64,000 nucleotides of DNA from Actinomycetota bacterium (GTDB lineage Bacteria > Actinomycetota > Thermoleophilia > Solirubrobacterales > 70-9). The notes beneath the pieces were generated by a model that did no database searches, was not told the DNA's origin, and worked only from the letters and a program-made list of their open reading frames with translations. Within the stretch, counting starts at the first letter, position 1. Each line of letters begins with the position of its first letter. Below, one piece after another: positions 8,969 to 18,827 of the stretch. Location of the stretch: contig JBKPFQ010000060.1 of NCBI GenBank assembly GCA_046728915.1, forward strand, positions 5,311 through 69,310. Direction: 5' to 3'. The position numbers and the translations under genes were made by a program.

Positions 8969-9580
8969 TCAGCCGTGGTACGACCGAGCGGCAGCACGGG
9001 CCGCCTCCTCCAGGCGGTCGTCGCCCCAGTACACCTCGCCGCCCACGACCAGGCTTGGGACTCCCTTGACGCCGAGATCTCCCGCTCGCTCGGTGGACTC
9101 TCGCAGGGCGGACTTCAGGGATTCGCGGTCCACGGCGGCCAGCATCGCGCGCGGGTGGATCTCGGCCGCGGCCGCCGCGAGCAGGACGTTGTCTCGCTCG
9201 CTCAGGTCGCGCCCGGCGGCAAAGGCCTGTCTGAAGGCCGCCAGCGAGAACGACACGGCGCGGCCGATCTCCTTCGCGTAGGTGGCCGCCCGCATCGCGA
9301 ACAGCGAGTTCGGAGGCCACGGGTCCGGCCAGCGGATCGGCGGCAGCCCGTACGCCGCGGCGCGTCGCTCGCACTCCTCCATCCCGGTCTCCCGCCCGGG
9401 ACCGTTGCCCCAGGAGTAGCGGTCGAAGCGCTTGAAGAGCCCGCCGAGCAGGACGGGCTGCCACTCGGGGGGCGGGGCGCCGGTCTCCGCGAACAGCCCG
9501 CTAATGCGCTCGGCGGACAGGTACGCGTACGGCGAGCCCAGGTCGTAGTAGAAGACCGTCCTCCGCAGGTCAGCGCGCAT
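8969..9580 (-). CDS. DsbA-like thioredoxin-fold protein (2-hydroxychromene-2-carboxylate isomerase family)
   Basis: N-terminal FYYDLGSPYAYL and C-terminal GVKGVPSLVVGGEVYWGDDRLEEA, the family pattern as I recall it. Confidence 0.7.
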   Translation of the reverse strand: MRADLRRTVFYYDLGSPYAYLSAERISGLFAETGAPPPEWQPVLLGGLFKRFDRYSWGNGPGRETGMEECERRAAAYGLPPIRWPDPWPPNSLFAMRAATYAKEIGRAVSFSLAAFRQAFAAGRDLSERDNVLLAAAAAEIHPRAMLAAVDRESLKSALRESTERAGDLGVKGVPSLVVGGEVYWGDDRLEEAARAAARSYHG

Positions 9581-9980
9581 GCTGGTCGCCGTACGAGATG
9601 AGCTCCAGAAGCGAGCCGTCGGGGTCGCGGAAGTACACGCTGACGCCCTTGCCGCGCGCCCCGAAGCGCTTCACGGGCCCGACCTCGACTTCCACCCCGT
9701 GGTTCTGGAGGTGGCGGATGGCCTCCTCGGGTGTGCCCGACCAGACGAAGCACAGGTCCGAGCCTCCCGGAGCCACGGGAATTCGGGCCAGCTCGCTCGC
9801 GGGCTCGCCCGGGCCGTGAACGTTGAGCTGCGTGGCGGCGAAGCGGTAGGCGCGTCGTCCGGACACGAGCTCGATGACCTCGGCGCCGAGGACGTCTCGA
9901 TAGAACGCATTCGACCGGTCCCAGTCCGAGACCGCCAGCACCGAGTGGTCTAGGTCGATCGGACGAGCCGCTTCTGTCAT
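9570..9980 (-). CDS. VOC/glyoxalase-family protein
   Basis: Real part begins MTEAARPIDLDHSVLAVSDWDRSNAFYRDVLGAEV and ends ...VSVYFRDPDGSLLELISY. The ATG overlaps the peroxiredoxin stop (ATGA at 9977-9980). The upstream 103 codons of the listed ORF are Arg/Pro-rich shadow. Confidence 0.75.
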   Translation of the reverse strand: MTEAARPIDLDHSVLAVSDWDRSNAFYRDVLGAEVIELVSGRRAYRFAATQLNVHGPGEPASELARIPVAPGGSDLCFVWSGTPEEAIRHLQNHGVEVEVGPVKRFGARGKGVSVYFRDPDGSLLELISYGDQHAR

Positions 9981-10546
9981 GTCGCCGCCTCGAGCCAGGC
10001 CATGACATCGGCCGCGTTCCGGTCCGGGGGGAACACGGGATAGAAGACCTTCACGATCCGACCCTCCCGTGCGATCAGGGTGAGGCGGCGATAGAGGCGC
10101 ATCCCCGCGACCTCGAACGTGGGAAGGCTCAACGCGTCGGCGAGCTCGAGCCGCGGATCGCTCAGGATCGGATAGGGGAGCCCGACCCGCTGGGCGAACT
10201 CCACCTGCTCCGGGAGTGGCTGCGCGCTCAGGCCGATCACGTCGGCGCCCAGCGCCCGCAGCTCGGCGAAGTGGTCTCGGAATGCGCACGACTGCGGCGT
10301 GCAGCCGCGTGCTCCCGGAATGTCGTCCCAGCCCGCCGGGAGCGGCTCACCGGGGCGGCCGGTTCGCGGGTACACGTAGAGGACGAGCGTGCCCCGGGCG
10401 ACAGCGGCAAGGTCAACGGCACCGTCCGAGGTCGAAGGCAGCGAGAGCGCCGGCATCGGCTCTCCCGCCAAGTGGTCGGCGGCGCCGTCGTCCACGGGAA
10501 CGGGCAGATCCGCGGGAAGGACGTAGGGGTCCGGTTCCGTGCCCAC
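9977..10546 (-). CDS. Peroxiredoxin (AhpC/TSA, Bcp-like)
   Basis: LVLYVYPRTGRPG...ARGCTPQSCAFRD (peroxidatic/resolving Cys pair), then GLSAQPLPEQVEFAQRVGLPYPILSD. GTG start. Confidence 0.75.
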   Translation of the reverse strand: MGTEPDPYVLPADLPVPVDDGAADHLAGEPMPALSLPSTSDGAVDLAAVARGTLVLYVYPRTGRPGEPLPAGWDDIPGARGCTPQSCAFRDHFAELRALGADVIGLSAQPLPEQVEFAQRVGLPYPILSDPRLELADALSLPTFEVAGMRLYRRLTLIAREGRIVKVFYPVFPPDRNAADVMAWLEAAT

Positions 10547-10674
10547 GCCACCACGATATTGGGCGCCCCAATCGCCATCGTTCCGGGGGAACGGCTGTAA
10601 GGTGCCGTCGAAATCGGACTGGCTCGGTGGGGGTCGATGAGGCTGCTCGGGTCGGCCAGAGAGGGGAGACGTCC

Positions 10675-10995
10675 ATGCGGGGACTCATGAAGCGGATGGG
10701 GGTCGTGATCGGCGTCGCGGCGGCTCTGGCGCTGGCCGCAGCCGGCTGCGGAACCAAGACCATCGACCAATCCAGCGAGGTCGATCTGGTTAACAAGCAG
10801 CTCGCGGAGGACAACCTCAAGGCGAAGTCGGTCGAGTGCCCCGATGACGTCGAGGCCAATGAGGGCGACACGTTCAAGTGCGACGTCACGCTCGCCGACG
10901 GCAGGACGGGCACCTACACGATCGCGATCAAGAAGGTGGAAGGGGACAGCGCCTCCCTGCAGGTGACGGGCGCCAAGGACACGACCAAGAAGTAA
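10675..10995 (+). CDS. DUF4333-like lipoprotein
   Basis: MRGLMKRMGVVIGVAAALALAAAGCG lipobox. GAGGGGAG SD upstream of ATG 10675. The body (VECPDDVEANEGDTFKCDVTLADGRTGTYTI) resembles actinobacterial DUF4333. Confidence 0.7.
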   Translation: MRGLMKRMGVVIGVAAALALAAAGCGTKTIDQSSEVDLVNKQLAEDNLKAKSVECPDDVEANEGDTFKCDVTLADGRTGTYTIAIKKVEGDSASLQVTGAKDTTKK

Positions 10996-11020
10996 GGAGA
11001 CTCGTGCCCTGAGCGGCGGC

Positions 11021-12388
11021 TCAGGCGTGGATCGCCCAACGGTCCACGGCGCGGGCGGCGTCCAGAACCGCCTCGGACATCGTCGGGTGCGGGTGGACGA
11101 TCCGCGCCAACTCCTGGTAGCCGCCCTCCAGCGCCATGGTGTTGACGAGCTCGGGGATCATGTCGCAGGCGCGGTTGCCAACGATGTGGGCGCCGAGGAT
11201 CTCTCCGTACTCGGAATCGACGACCAGCTTCACCAGGCCGTCGCGGTCGTCGTAGATGGGCGCCGCTCCCACGCCGCCGAGCTTCATCTTCCCGATCTTG
11301 ACGTCGTGGCCTGCCTCCTTGGCCTGCGCCTCGGTTATGCCCACGCTCGCCACCTGCGGCTGGCAGAAGGTCGCTCCGGCGACGAGGTTCTCGTCGACGG
11401 GATGGGTCTCGGCTCCGGCCGCATGCTCGACCGCGACGACCCCCTCCTCGGAGGCCTTGTGGGCCAGCGCCTTTTGACCGACCAGGTCGCCGATCGCGTA
11501 GACCTTCGGGTTCGACGTGCGCTGGTAGCCGTCCACCTCGATCTTGCCACCGTCGTTTGTCTTGACGCCGGCTGCCTCGAGGTTCAGTGGCTCGGTGTCC
11601 GGAGCCCGTCCGCCGGCGATGCACAGGTAGTCGACCTCGACCTCCGTCTCGCCGTACTTCACCTTGACCGAGCCCTTGCCGACGTCGACCGACTCGACGG
11701 GCGTGCCGGTGGAGACCGTGATGTTCTGCTTCTTGAAGGTCCGCTCGACGACCCGAGCCATGTCCTTGTCCTCCTCCGGCAGGATCTGGTCGAGCATCTC
11801 GATCAGCGTGACCTCGGTTCCGAAGCGCGCGTAGGCGGAGGCGATCTCCGCGCCGGATGCCCCGGCGCCCACCACGGCGATGCTCTTCGGCTGCTCCGAC
11901 AGCGACCAGGCGCCCCACGTGTCCACGACGCGGTCCGAGAACTCGACGCCCGGGATCGCGAGAGCCACGGATCCGGTCGCCAGCACCATCGCACCAGCCT
12001 CGTAGGTCGCGTCGCCGACGGCGACGTTTCCCTCGGCGGTGAGCGAGGCGTCGCCCACGATCACCTCGACCTTGTTCTTCTTCCACAGCATCTCCACGCC
12101 GCTTGACAGCGTGCTCGAGACCTTCGCCCGGCGCTCGCCCAGCGCCTTCCAGTCCATGGCGACGCCCTCCGCCGTCACGCCGAGCTCGGCGCCGTTGCGC
12201 GCGTGGTCGTAGAGCTCGGCGCTGTGCAGGACCGTCTTCGCCGGGATGCAGGCGTAGTTCAGGCAGCGCCCGCCTGCCTTGTCCCTCTCGACGACGGCGG
12301 TCTTCTTACCCAGCTGCGCGGAGCGAATCGCCGCGACGTAACCGCCCGGCCCGCCGCCGATCACGATCACGTCGTAGGACTCAGCCAC
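11021..12388 (-). CDS. lpdA: Dihydrolipoyl dehydrogenase (E3)
   Basis: FAD motif VIVIGGGPGGYVAAI, redox disulfide GGRCLNYACIPAK, NAD motif VVGAGASGAE, and C-terminal HPHPTMSE. Confidence 0.92.
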   Translation of the reverse strand: MAESYDVIVIGGGPGGYVAAIRSAQLGKKTAVVERDKAGGRCLNYACIPAKTVLHSAELYDHARNGAELGVTAEGVAMDWKALGERRAKVSSTLSSGVEMLWKKNKVEVIVGDASLTAEGNVAVGDATYEAGAMVLATGSVALAIPGVEFSDRVVDTWGAWSLSEQPKSIAVVGAGASGAEIASAYARFGTEVTLIEMLDQILPEEDKDMARVVERTFKKQNITVSTGTPVESVDVGKGSVKVKYGETEVEVDYLCIAGGRAPDTEPLNLEAAGVKTNDGGKIEVDGYQRTSNPKVYAIGDLVGQKALAHKASEEGVVAVEHAAGAETHPVDENLVAGATFCQPQVASVGITEAQAKEAGHDVKIGKMKLGGVGAAPIYDDRDGLVKLVVDSEYGEILGAHIVGNRACDMIPELVNTMALEGGYQELARIVHPHPTMSEAVLDAARAVDRWAIHA

Positions 12389-12412
12389 GGTCGCGACTCT
12401 AAACGAACGTCG

Positions 12413-12895
12413 CTAGGTCTCGCGATCCCAGTAATCCACGTCGCTGGAGCGCCGGACCATGACGTTGTCGCGCCGGCCCTCGGTGAAGACGCCGATCTTG
12501 TCGCTGTCGGGATAGACGGCCACCGCCGGCAGGTTGGCGGTGGAGACGATGAGCATCTGCACCGCGTCCTCGCCGTGGTTCGTCAGCTTGTGGGCGCCGT
12601 CGGGCCCCGCGGGGAAGCAGACGAGGTCGCCGGGACCCAGCTCGTCCTCGCCATCCGGGTGGCGGACCGTCAGCATCCCCTCCAGCACGAGCAGCCACTC
12701 CTCGTCCGACTCGTAGTGGTAGGGGCAGTTGCTGTTGCCGGGCTCCAATTCGTACAGCGTCCCGGCCATCGTCTTGCCGCCGATCGGGGGTGCGAGTTTC
12801 ACGTAGCCGGAGCGATAGCCCTCCGGATCGTCGTCGTCGTGGTCGAGCTCCGCGTGGAAGATGTTGAGCTTCTTCATGCGGCGCAGACTAGTCAT
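12413..12895 (-). CDS. Cupin-domain protein
   Basis: PYHYESDEEWLLVLEGMLTVRHPDGEDELGPGDLVCFPAGPDGAHKL is a cupin motif pair. The ATG at 12895 forms TGATG with the upstream stop. ATG 12877 is an alternative start. Confidence 0.7.
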   Translation of the reverse strand: MTSLRRMKKLNIFHAELDHDDDDPEGYRSGYVKLAPPIGGKTMAGTLYELEPGNSNCPYHYESDEEWLLVLEGMLTVRHPDGEDELGPGDLVCFPAGPDGAHKLTNHGEDAVQMLIVSTANLPAVAVYPDSDKIGVFTEGRRDNVMVRRSSDVDYWDRET

Positions 12896-13401
12896 CAATC
12901 CCGCGGCGTTCGCTCGGGCATCTGAATGCGGGCCATCGCGCGGATCATGAAGTAGAAGAGCGTCCCCGCGATCACGATCAGCGCCAGATTGCCGACGATG
13001 GGGCCGACCGTGCTCGCGCTCACGGCGCCGAGGACGGCGGCGATGATCAGCAACGCCAGCACGGCCTGGAATCCGAGCACCGCCCAGTAGCGAACCCGCC
13101 ACATGCCGACCGACATCACGCCCATCAATGCTGCGGGGACGATGACCTGAAGCAGGTGGGGGCGGTCGCCGTTGACCTCCGCCCCGAGCGCGTACGCGAC
13201 GACGACCGAGATCGCGATGGCCCCGGAGATGATCGCCCCAGCCGTGACGATCAGCGGCCGCTCGTTGGGCTCCAGCGGCTCGAGCCGCTCGCGCGCGGCG
13301 CGGTTCCTCTCCTCGTAACGAGCCGCGATCTGCTCGCGACGCTCGACCGCGCGAGCCTTGCGCTTGCGACGTTCCGCGCGCTTTCGCTCACGGTCGGCCA
13401 T
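12895..13401 (-). CDS. Small membrane protein with basic N-terminus (about 4 TM segments)
   Basis: MADRERKRAERRKRKARAVERREQ... followed by hydrophobic segments (LIVTAGAIISGAIAISVVVAYAL, VIVPAALMGVMSVGMW, AVLGFQAVLALLIIAAVLGAV, VGNLALIVIAGTLFYFMI). TGATG coupling to the thiE stop. No family recognised. Confidence 0.55.
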   Translation of the reverse strand: MADRERKRAERRKRKARAVERREQIAARYEERNRAARERLEPLEPNERPLIVTAGAIISGAIAISVVVAYALGAEVNGDRPHLLQVIVPAALMGVMSVGMWRVRYWAVLGFQAVLALLIIAAVLGAVSASTVGPIVGNLALIVIAGTLFYFMIRAMARIQMPERTPRD

Positions 13402-14078
13402 CAGGTGACCGGCGCCTCCCGGCCGAGCGCGGCGCTGAGCGCGCTGGCGGCCGCCTCGGGATCCCGGGCATCCCGAATGGCCCTGACGACGACGATCCGC
13501 TGCGCCCCGGCCGCGACCACCTCGGCCACGTTCTCCGTGTCGATCCCGCCGATCGCAAACCACGGGATCCTCGCCACGCGAGCCGCGTACGGCACCAGCT
13601 CGAGTCCGGTCGCCGCCCGGCCCTCCTTCGTGGGGGTCGCCCAGACCGGGCCGACGCTGATCTGGTCGGGGCGTTCGTCGCCCTCCGCCGCACACGCCGC
13701 GTCGACCTCCGTCCGGGAGTGGGTCGAGAGTCCGATGAGGGCGTCGGCGCCGGCCTGCGCGCGCGCCTCGGCGACCGGCATGTCCTCCTGGCCGACGTGA
13801 ACACCGTCGGCCGCGCAGGCCTCGACCAGATCCGGCTGGTCGTTCAGGATGAACAGCGCGCCGTGCTCGTCGGCCAACCGACGAAACGGCAGCGAGAGCG
13901 AGATGAGCTCCTCGGCACAGCGCGGCGCCTTCTCGCGCAGCTGGACCATGTCCGCGCCGCCGCGGAGGGCCGCCTCGAGTAGCGGGGTGGGGTCGCGGCC
14001 GTCCGGGAGGCCGTCACACACGAAATAGAGCCTCGCTCGCGCGAGCGCGTCCAGCCGTTCTGCGCGTGAAACCGGCAC
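13401..14078 (-). CDS. thiE: Thiamine-phosphate synthase
   Basis: LYFVCD, MVQLREK, GVHVGQEDMP, IGLSTHS, VGPVWATPTK, and FAIGGI blocks. Confidence 0.9.
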   Translation of the reverse strand: MPVSRAERLDALARARLYFVCDGLPDGRDPTPLLEAALRGGADMVQLREKAPRCAEELISLSLPFRRLADEHGALFILNDQPDLVEACAADGVHVGQEDMPVAEARAQAGADALIGLSTHSRTEVDAACAAEGDERPDQISVGPVWATPTKEGRAATGLELVPYAARVARIPWFAIGGIDTENVAEVVAAGAQRIVVVRAIRDARDPEAAASALSAALGREAPVT

Positions 14079-14159
14079 CTACGTGAGTCTCGCAGTCGCG
14101 CGCGTGAAGCGCGCCCGCCGGGTGGGCGGAGTCCCTGGACGGGACGCGAGTACCATGGG

Positions 14160-14262
14160 CTGACAACGGGAGCCCATAGACGCGGGCTGAGAGGGCGGCA
14201 TCCGGCCGCCGACCGTCTGAACCTGATCCGGGTAATGCCGGCGCAGGGATGGTGGCGCGGAA
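14160..14262 (+). promoter_or_regulatory. TPP (THI-box) riboswitch
   Basis: GGGAGCCC..GGGCTGAGAGGGCGG...CCGCCGACCGTCTGAACCTGATCCGGGTAATGCCGGCGCAGGGA matches the conserved CUGAGA and ACCUGAUCCGGGUAAUGCCGGCG.AGGGA cores of RF00059. It lies directly upstream of thiO. The ends are approximate. Confidence 0.85.
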
Positions 14263-14297
14263 CGCCCGACGAGGCCCGGTCCCTCCGGGAGCACATC

Positions 14298-15550
14298 GTG
14301 GCGCACGACATCACATCGATCGGAAGCGGCAGCGACGTCGTCGTTCCCCTGCGGCGTCCCCCCGCGCGCGCCGGGGGACACGACGAGCTCGACGCGGTCA
14401 TCGTCGGCGGCGGGACGATCGGCCTCGCATGCGCTTGGCGCGCCGCTCGCCGGGGGCTCCGGGTGCGAGTTCTGGAGCGCGATGAGCCCGGCGCGGGCGC
14501 GACTCACGTCGCCGCGGGCATGCTCGCGCCGGTGGGCGAGGCCAACTGGGGGGAGGAGGCGCTGGTGCGGATCGCACTCGCCTCCGCGCGAGGCTGGTCG
14601 GCCTTCGCGGCCGACCTCGAACGCGACGGCGGCCTCGAATCCGGCTACGAGCCCCGCGGAGCGCTGCACATTGCGCTCGACCGCGACGAGGCCGAGGAGC
14701 TTCGCCGTCGCTTCGAGTTGATGACGTCGCTGGATCTGGGCGTCGAGTGGCTTCGGCCGACCGCCTGCCGCGCCCTGGAGCCGGGCCTCTCGCCGGGGGT
14801 CAGGGCCGGGGTCCATCTGCCCGGCGAGGCGGCGGTCGATCCCCGCCTGCTGGTGCCGGCGCTGGTCGCCGCCGTGGAAGGGACCGGCGGGGAGATCATC
14901 GTCGAGGCGGAGGTCGTCGACGGGCTCTTCGAGGGCGAACGCCTCGCCGGCGTGATCACGGCGGACGGGCGCGAGCATCGGGCGAATCGCGTCGTCCTGG
15001 CGACGGGGGCATGGTCGGGAGCCTCGGCGTGGCTTCCGCCGGAGGCCCGCCCGCCGGTGCGCCCGGTGAAGGGGCAGCTCCTGGTCCTGCGCGGCAGCCC
15101 GGAGCAGGCGGTGTCCACCAGGATCATCACCACGGAGCGCGTCTACCTCGTGCCGCGACCGGACGGGCGCTTGGTGGTCGGCGCCACCGTCGAGGAGCGC
15201 GGCTTCGACCTCCAGGTGACCGCCGGCGGGATCCACGAGATGCTTCGGGAGGGCTATCGGACCGTCCCGGACATCGCCGAGCTCGAGCTCGTGGAAACCC
15301 TCGCTGGGCTGCGGCCGGGGACCCCGGACAACGCGCCACTGATCGGACCCGGGGCAATTGACGGTCTCATCCTCGCGACCGGGCACTACCGCAACGGGAT
15401 CCTGCTCACCCCGGCGACCGCGGAGGCGGTCGCCGCGATGCTGGCCGGGGAGCCCATGCCACCCGAGGCTCGGCTTGCGCATCCGGGTCGGTTCGGCGCC
15501 GAGAGCGCCCCCGGGCTGGCCGCCGCTCCTGCCGGGGGGGAGGTCGCGAA

Positions 15551-15554
<4 letters not shown>
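14298..15554 (+). CDS. thiO: Glycine oxidase (FAD-dependent)
   Basis: DAVIVGGGTIGLACAW dinucleotide motif. Sits in thiO-thiS-thiG context. I chose GTG 14298 (GGGAG lies 7 nt upstream) because the listed ATG 14235 sits inside the riboswitch core. Confidence 0.8.
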
Positions 15555-16568
<1,014 letters not shown>

Positions 16569-16575
16569 CCCCGAC

Positions 16576-18738
16576 TCAGCCGCCGGGTCCCGTGTAGCCG
16601 TCGAGGTAGCACGGGTGTCCGTCGCAGGTGTCGATCACCGAGCCGCCGATCCGCAGGAATGCGGAGATCTGGCGCTGGCCCTCGACCGTCTCGCTCGCGT
16701 CGGGTCCGTGCGGGTCGACGCCCTCGCGGTTGGGCACGTCGTACGGCGGCGGCGGTGGGGTTCCCTTGACCTCGCCGTCCACCGTTCGCAGCGGGCCCAC
16801 GTCCCACATCGTCACCGCGGACCCGCGGTGCGGGAACTGCCGGATTCGGGGAATTCCCCAGAGCGGCTTGCGATCGAGGCTTCGACCTGGATCGAGGACG
16901 GGGCGCCGGACGGGAAGCCCGATCGTGCGGGCCTCGACCTCGGTGGCGATGTTGGCCACCTGGTGGTCGCCGAACGCCTCCTGGATCAGGACCCTGTGAC
17001 GGGGCGTATCGGAGAAGGGATGGTCGGTGATCCGGTGGGCGTACCCGTTCGCCTCCCCGCGCTCCCAGAGCATCTCGACCAGCGACAGCATGAGCTGCCG
17101 GTCGAGCTCGTCGGGATAGTTGTCGTAGAGCCCGAGGTTCGTGTCGACGCCGCCGATGATGCCGTGCGCGTAGTCGTCGAAGTCGACGCTTCGCTGGAGC
17201 AGGGTCGAGTAGTTCATGCCCGGGACTCCCAGGTAGGCGCGGTTGAAGTCCGGCGCCACGGCGGTCAACGATCCGCCCATGATCCCGCCCTGGCTTCCGC
17301 CCGCGTAGAAGAGGCGTCGGCGATCGATCAGGCTCTGACCGCTGAAGCGAAAGGCCGTATCGGTCGAGAGCCCCTGCGGATGGATCATCGCCCGGCCCAG
17401 GTAGAGGAAGTTGAGCATGCCCTGCTGGAGCCGGTCGGCGATCGTCGGGAACCGCGAGAGGTCCTCTAGGACGGTGAGGACGTTGGGGACGTCCGAGGAG
17501 GACAGCCCCGTCCAGTCGCTGGCGCAGAACATCATGCGGTGGTCGGAGGCGACTGCCTGGAGCTTTCCGGACTCCACCTCGCTCGCGTTCCCCAGGAGGC
17601 CGTGCCCGTACAAGGAGGGCCGCAGCCGATGGGGGCCGCCGGCGATCGCGCTTCGGGGGATGATGCACTCGAAGTTGGCCGGTGTGACGTTGCCCGGGAT
17701 CCGCTGCGGCCGTCCGTGCTGGTCGAGCCGGAAGCGCGAGCCCGGCGGGCATCCGGGCTGGTCGAGGAAGCAGGGGACCGTCACGGTGCCCTTGACCAGC
17801 CGCGCCAGCTCGTCGTTCTCGCCCTCCTGGCAGCCGTCCGTCCCGCAAGGGCTGAAGTTCTCGACCGACGTGACGGAGAAGCGCGGCGATGATCCCTCCA
17901 CCTGGAGGTCGGAGAGGTCGTGGTCGCCCAGGAGGTCGAATGCCCGGTTGCGTATCGAGAGCATTCGCCCGGCCGCGCTGCGGTCGCTCTCGACGGTGAA
18001 GTCCCAGGCGAGGTACAGGCCGTGCCGGCCGATGCCGGCCTTGCGCAGCGTGTGGAAGATCGACTCGAAGTGGCCGCGGCGCCGCTCCACCGGGGGCTGG
18101 CCGGACGGGATGTCGTCCCGGTAGTAGCGGAAGGCGGCCGAGGCCGGGATCCGCGTGCCGTCGGCCCGGCGCAGGTCCCGCAGGACGACGATGTAGCGGT
18201 GGTTCGCGTGGAAGTTGACCGCGGGCCGGATGATGAGGGTTCGGTCGGCGGGGTTGGGCGGATTGACGTCGACCTCGCTGAAGATCGGCCAGCGCTTGCC
18301 CGTGTCGGCGTCGAAAACGATGATCGGGGCGTCGCGGCGCCGGTAGGCGCCGAGATTCGTCACGCGCACGGCGCCCGTGCGTCGCAGCGCCCGCGGCGTG
18401 TCGAGGCCTGGGACCTTGGTGACGATCTCCTGCCCGGCCGAGAAGCCGTCGGAGTAGTTGTAATCCGCGGCATCGATGTGGACGCCGTTGCGGTTCGCGG
18501 GCATCGACGCCGTCCGCAGCGCGACCCGCCTACCGGTCGGCGTTTCCGCATGCCTCGTGTAGTAGTCGTTGGGGAACGGGAGCAGGCAGCGCGCCTGATC
18601 GAGGAAGTCGCATCGGTCGGCGTGCGCGGTATCGACGGGCGGCAGCTTTGCTTTGCCCGACGCCGTCGCCACTCCGGATGCGGCGAGTACGAGGATGGTC
18701 CCCAACAGCCCGGCGAGCTTGCGTCGCGGGTCTCCCAT
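16576..18738 (-). CDS. Large secreted protein, probable alpha/beta-hydrolase-like enzyme
   Basis: Signal peptide MGDPRRKLAGLLGTILVLAASGVATASG. The only catalytic-looking motif I can place is the nucleophile elbow YAGGSQGGIMG. Amino-acid composition is normal and GC3 is high. Confidence 0.6.
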   Translation of the reverse strand: MGDPRRKLAGLLGTILVLAASGVATASGKAKLPPVDTAHADRCDFLDQARCLLPFPNDYYTRHAETPTGRRVALRTASMPANRNGVHIDAADYNYSDGFSAGQEIVTKVPGLDTPRALRRTGAVRVTNLGAYRRRDAPIIVFDADTGKRWPIFSEVDVNPPNPADRTLIIRPAVNFHANHRYIVVLRDLRRADGTRIPASAAFRYYRDDIPSGQPPVERRRGHFESIFHTLRKAGIGRHGLYLAWDFTVESDRSAAGRMLSIRNRAFDLLGDHDLSDLQVEGSSPRFSVTSVENFSPCGTDGCQEGENDELARLVKGTVTVPCFLDQPGCPPGSRFRLDQHGRPQRIPGNVTPANFECIIPRSAIAGGPHRLRPSLYGHGLLGNASEVESGKLQAVASDHRMMFCASDWTGLSSSDVPNVLTVLEDLSRFPTIADRLQQGMLNFLYLGRAMIHPQGLSTDTAFRFSGQSLIDRRRLFYAGGSQGGIMGGSLTAVAPDFNRAYLGVPGMNYSTLLQRSVDFDDYAHGIIGGVDTNLGLYDNYPDELDRQLMLSLVEMLWERGEANGYAHRITDHPFSDTPRHRVLIQEAFGDHQVANIATEVEARTIGLPVRRPVLDPGRSLDRKPLWGIPRIRQFPHRGSAVTMWDVGPLRTVDGEVKGTPPPPPYDVPNREGVDPHGPDASETVEGQRQISAFLRIGGSVIDTCDGHPCYLDGYTGPGG

Positions 18739-18827
18739 ACCCGCGCTCGACTATATCGGCGGCCGCCGCCCGGCCGGTGTTGGGATTTTGGGGACGCTAT
18801 GGCGTCCGCAATTCCGCAAAAGCTTCT

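Noticed and set aside
11008-11025. Short hairpin CCTGAGC-GGCG-GCTCAGG between the convergent lipoprotein and lpdA genes, considered as a bidirectional terminator.
   Set aside because: It has only 7 bp of stem and no U-tract, and it overlaps the lpdA stop codon. It is too weak to call.
14079-15482. 467-aa minus-strand ORF opposite thiO.
   Set aside because: It is antisense shadow of a gene with a clear FAD motif and thiOSG context. It also crosses the TPP riboswitch. Its composition is Arg/Pro/Gly-dominated.
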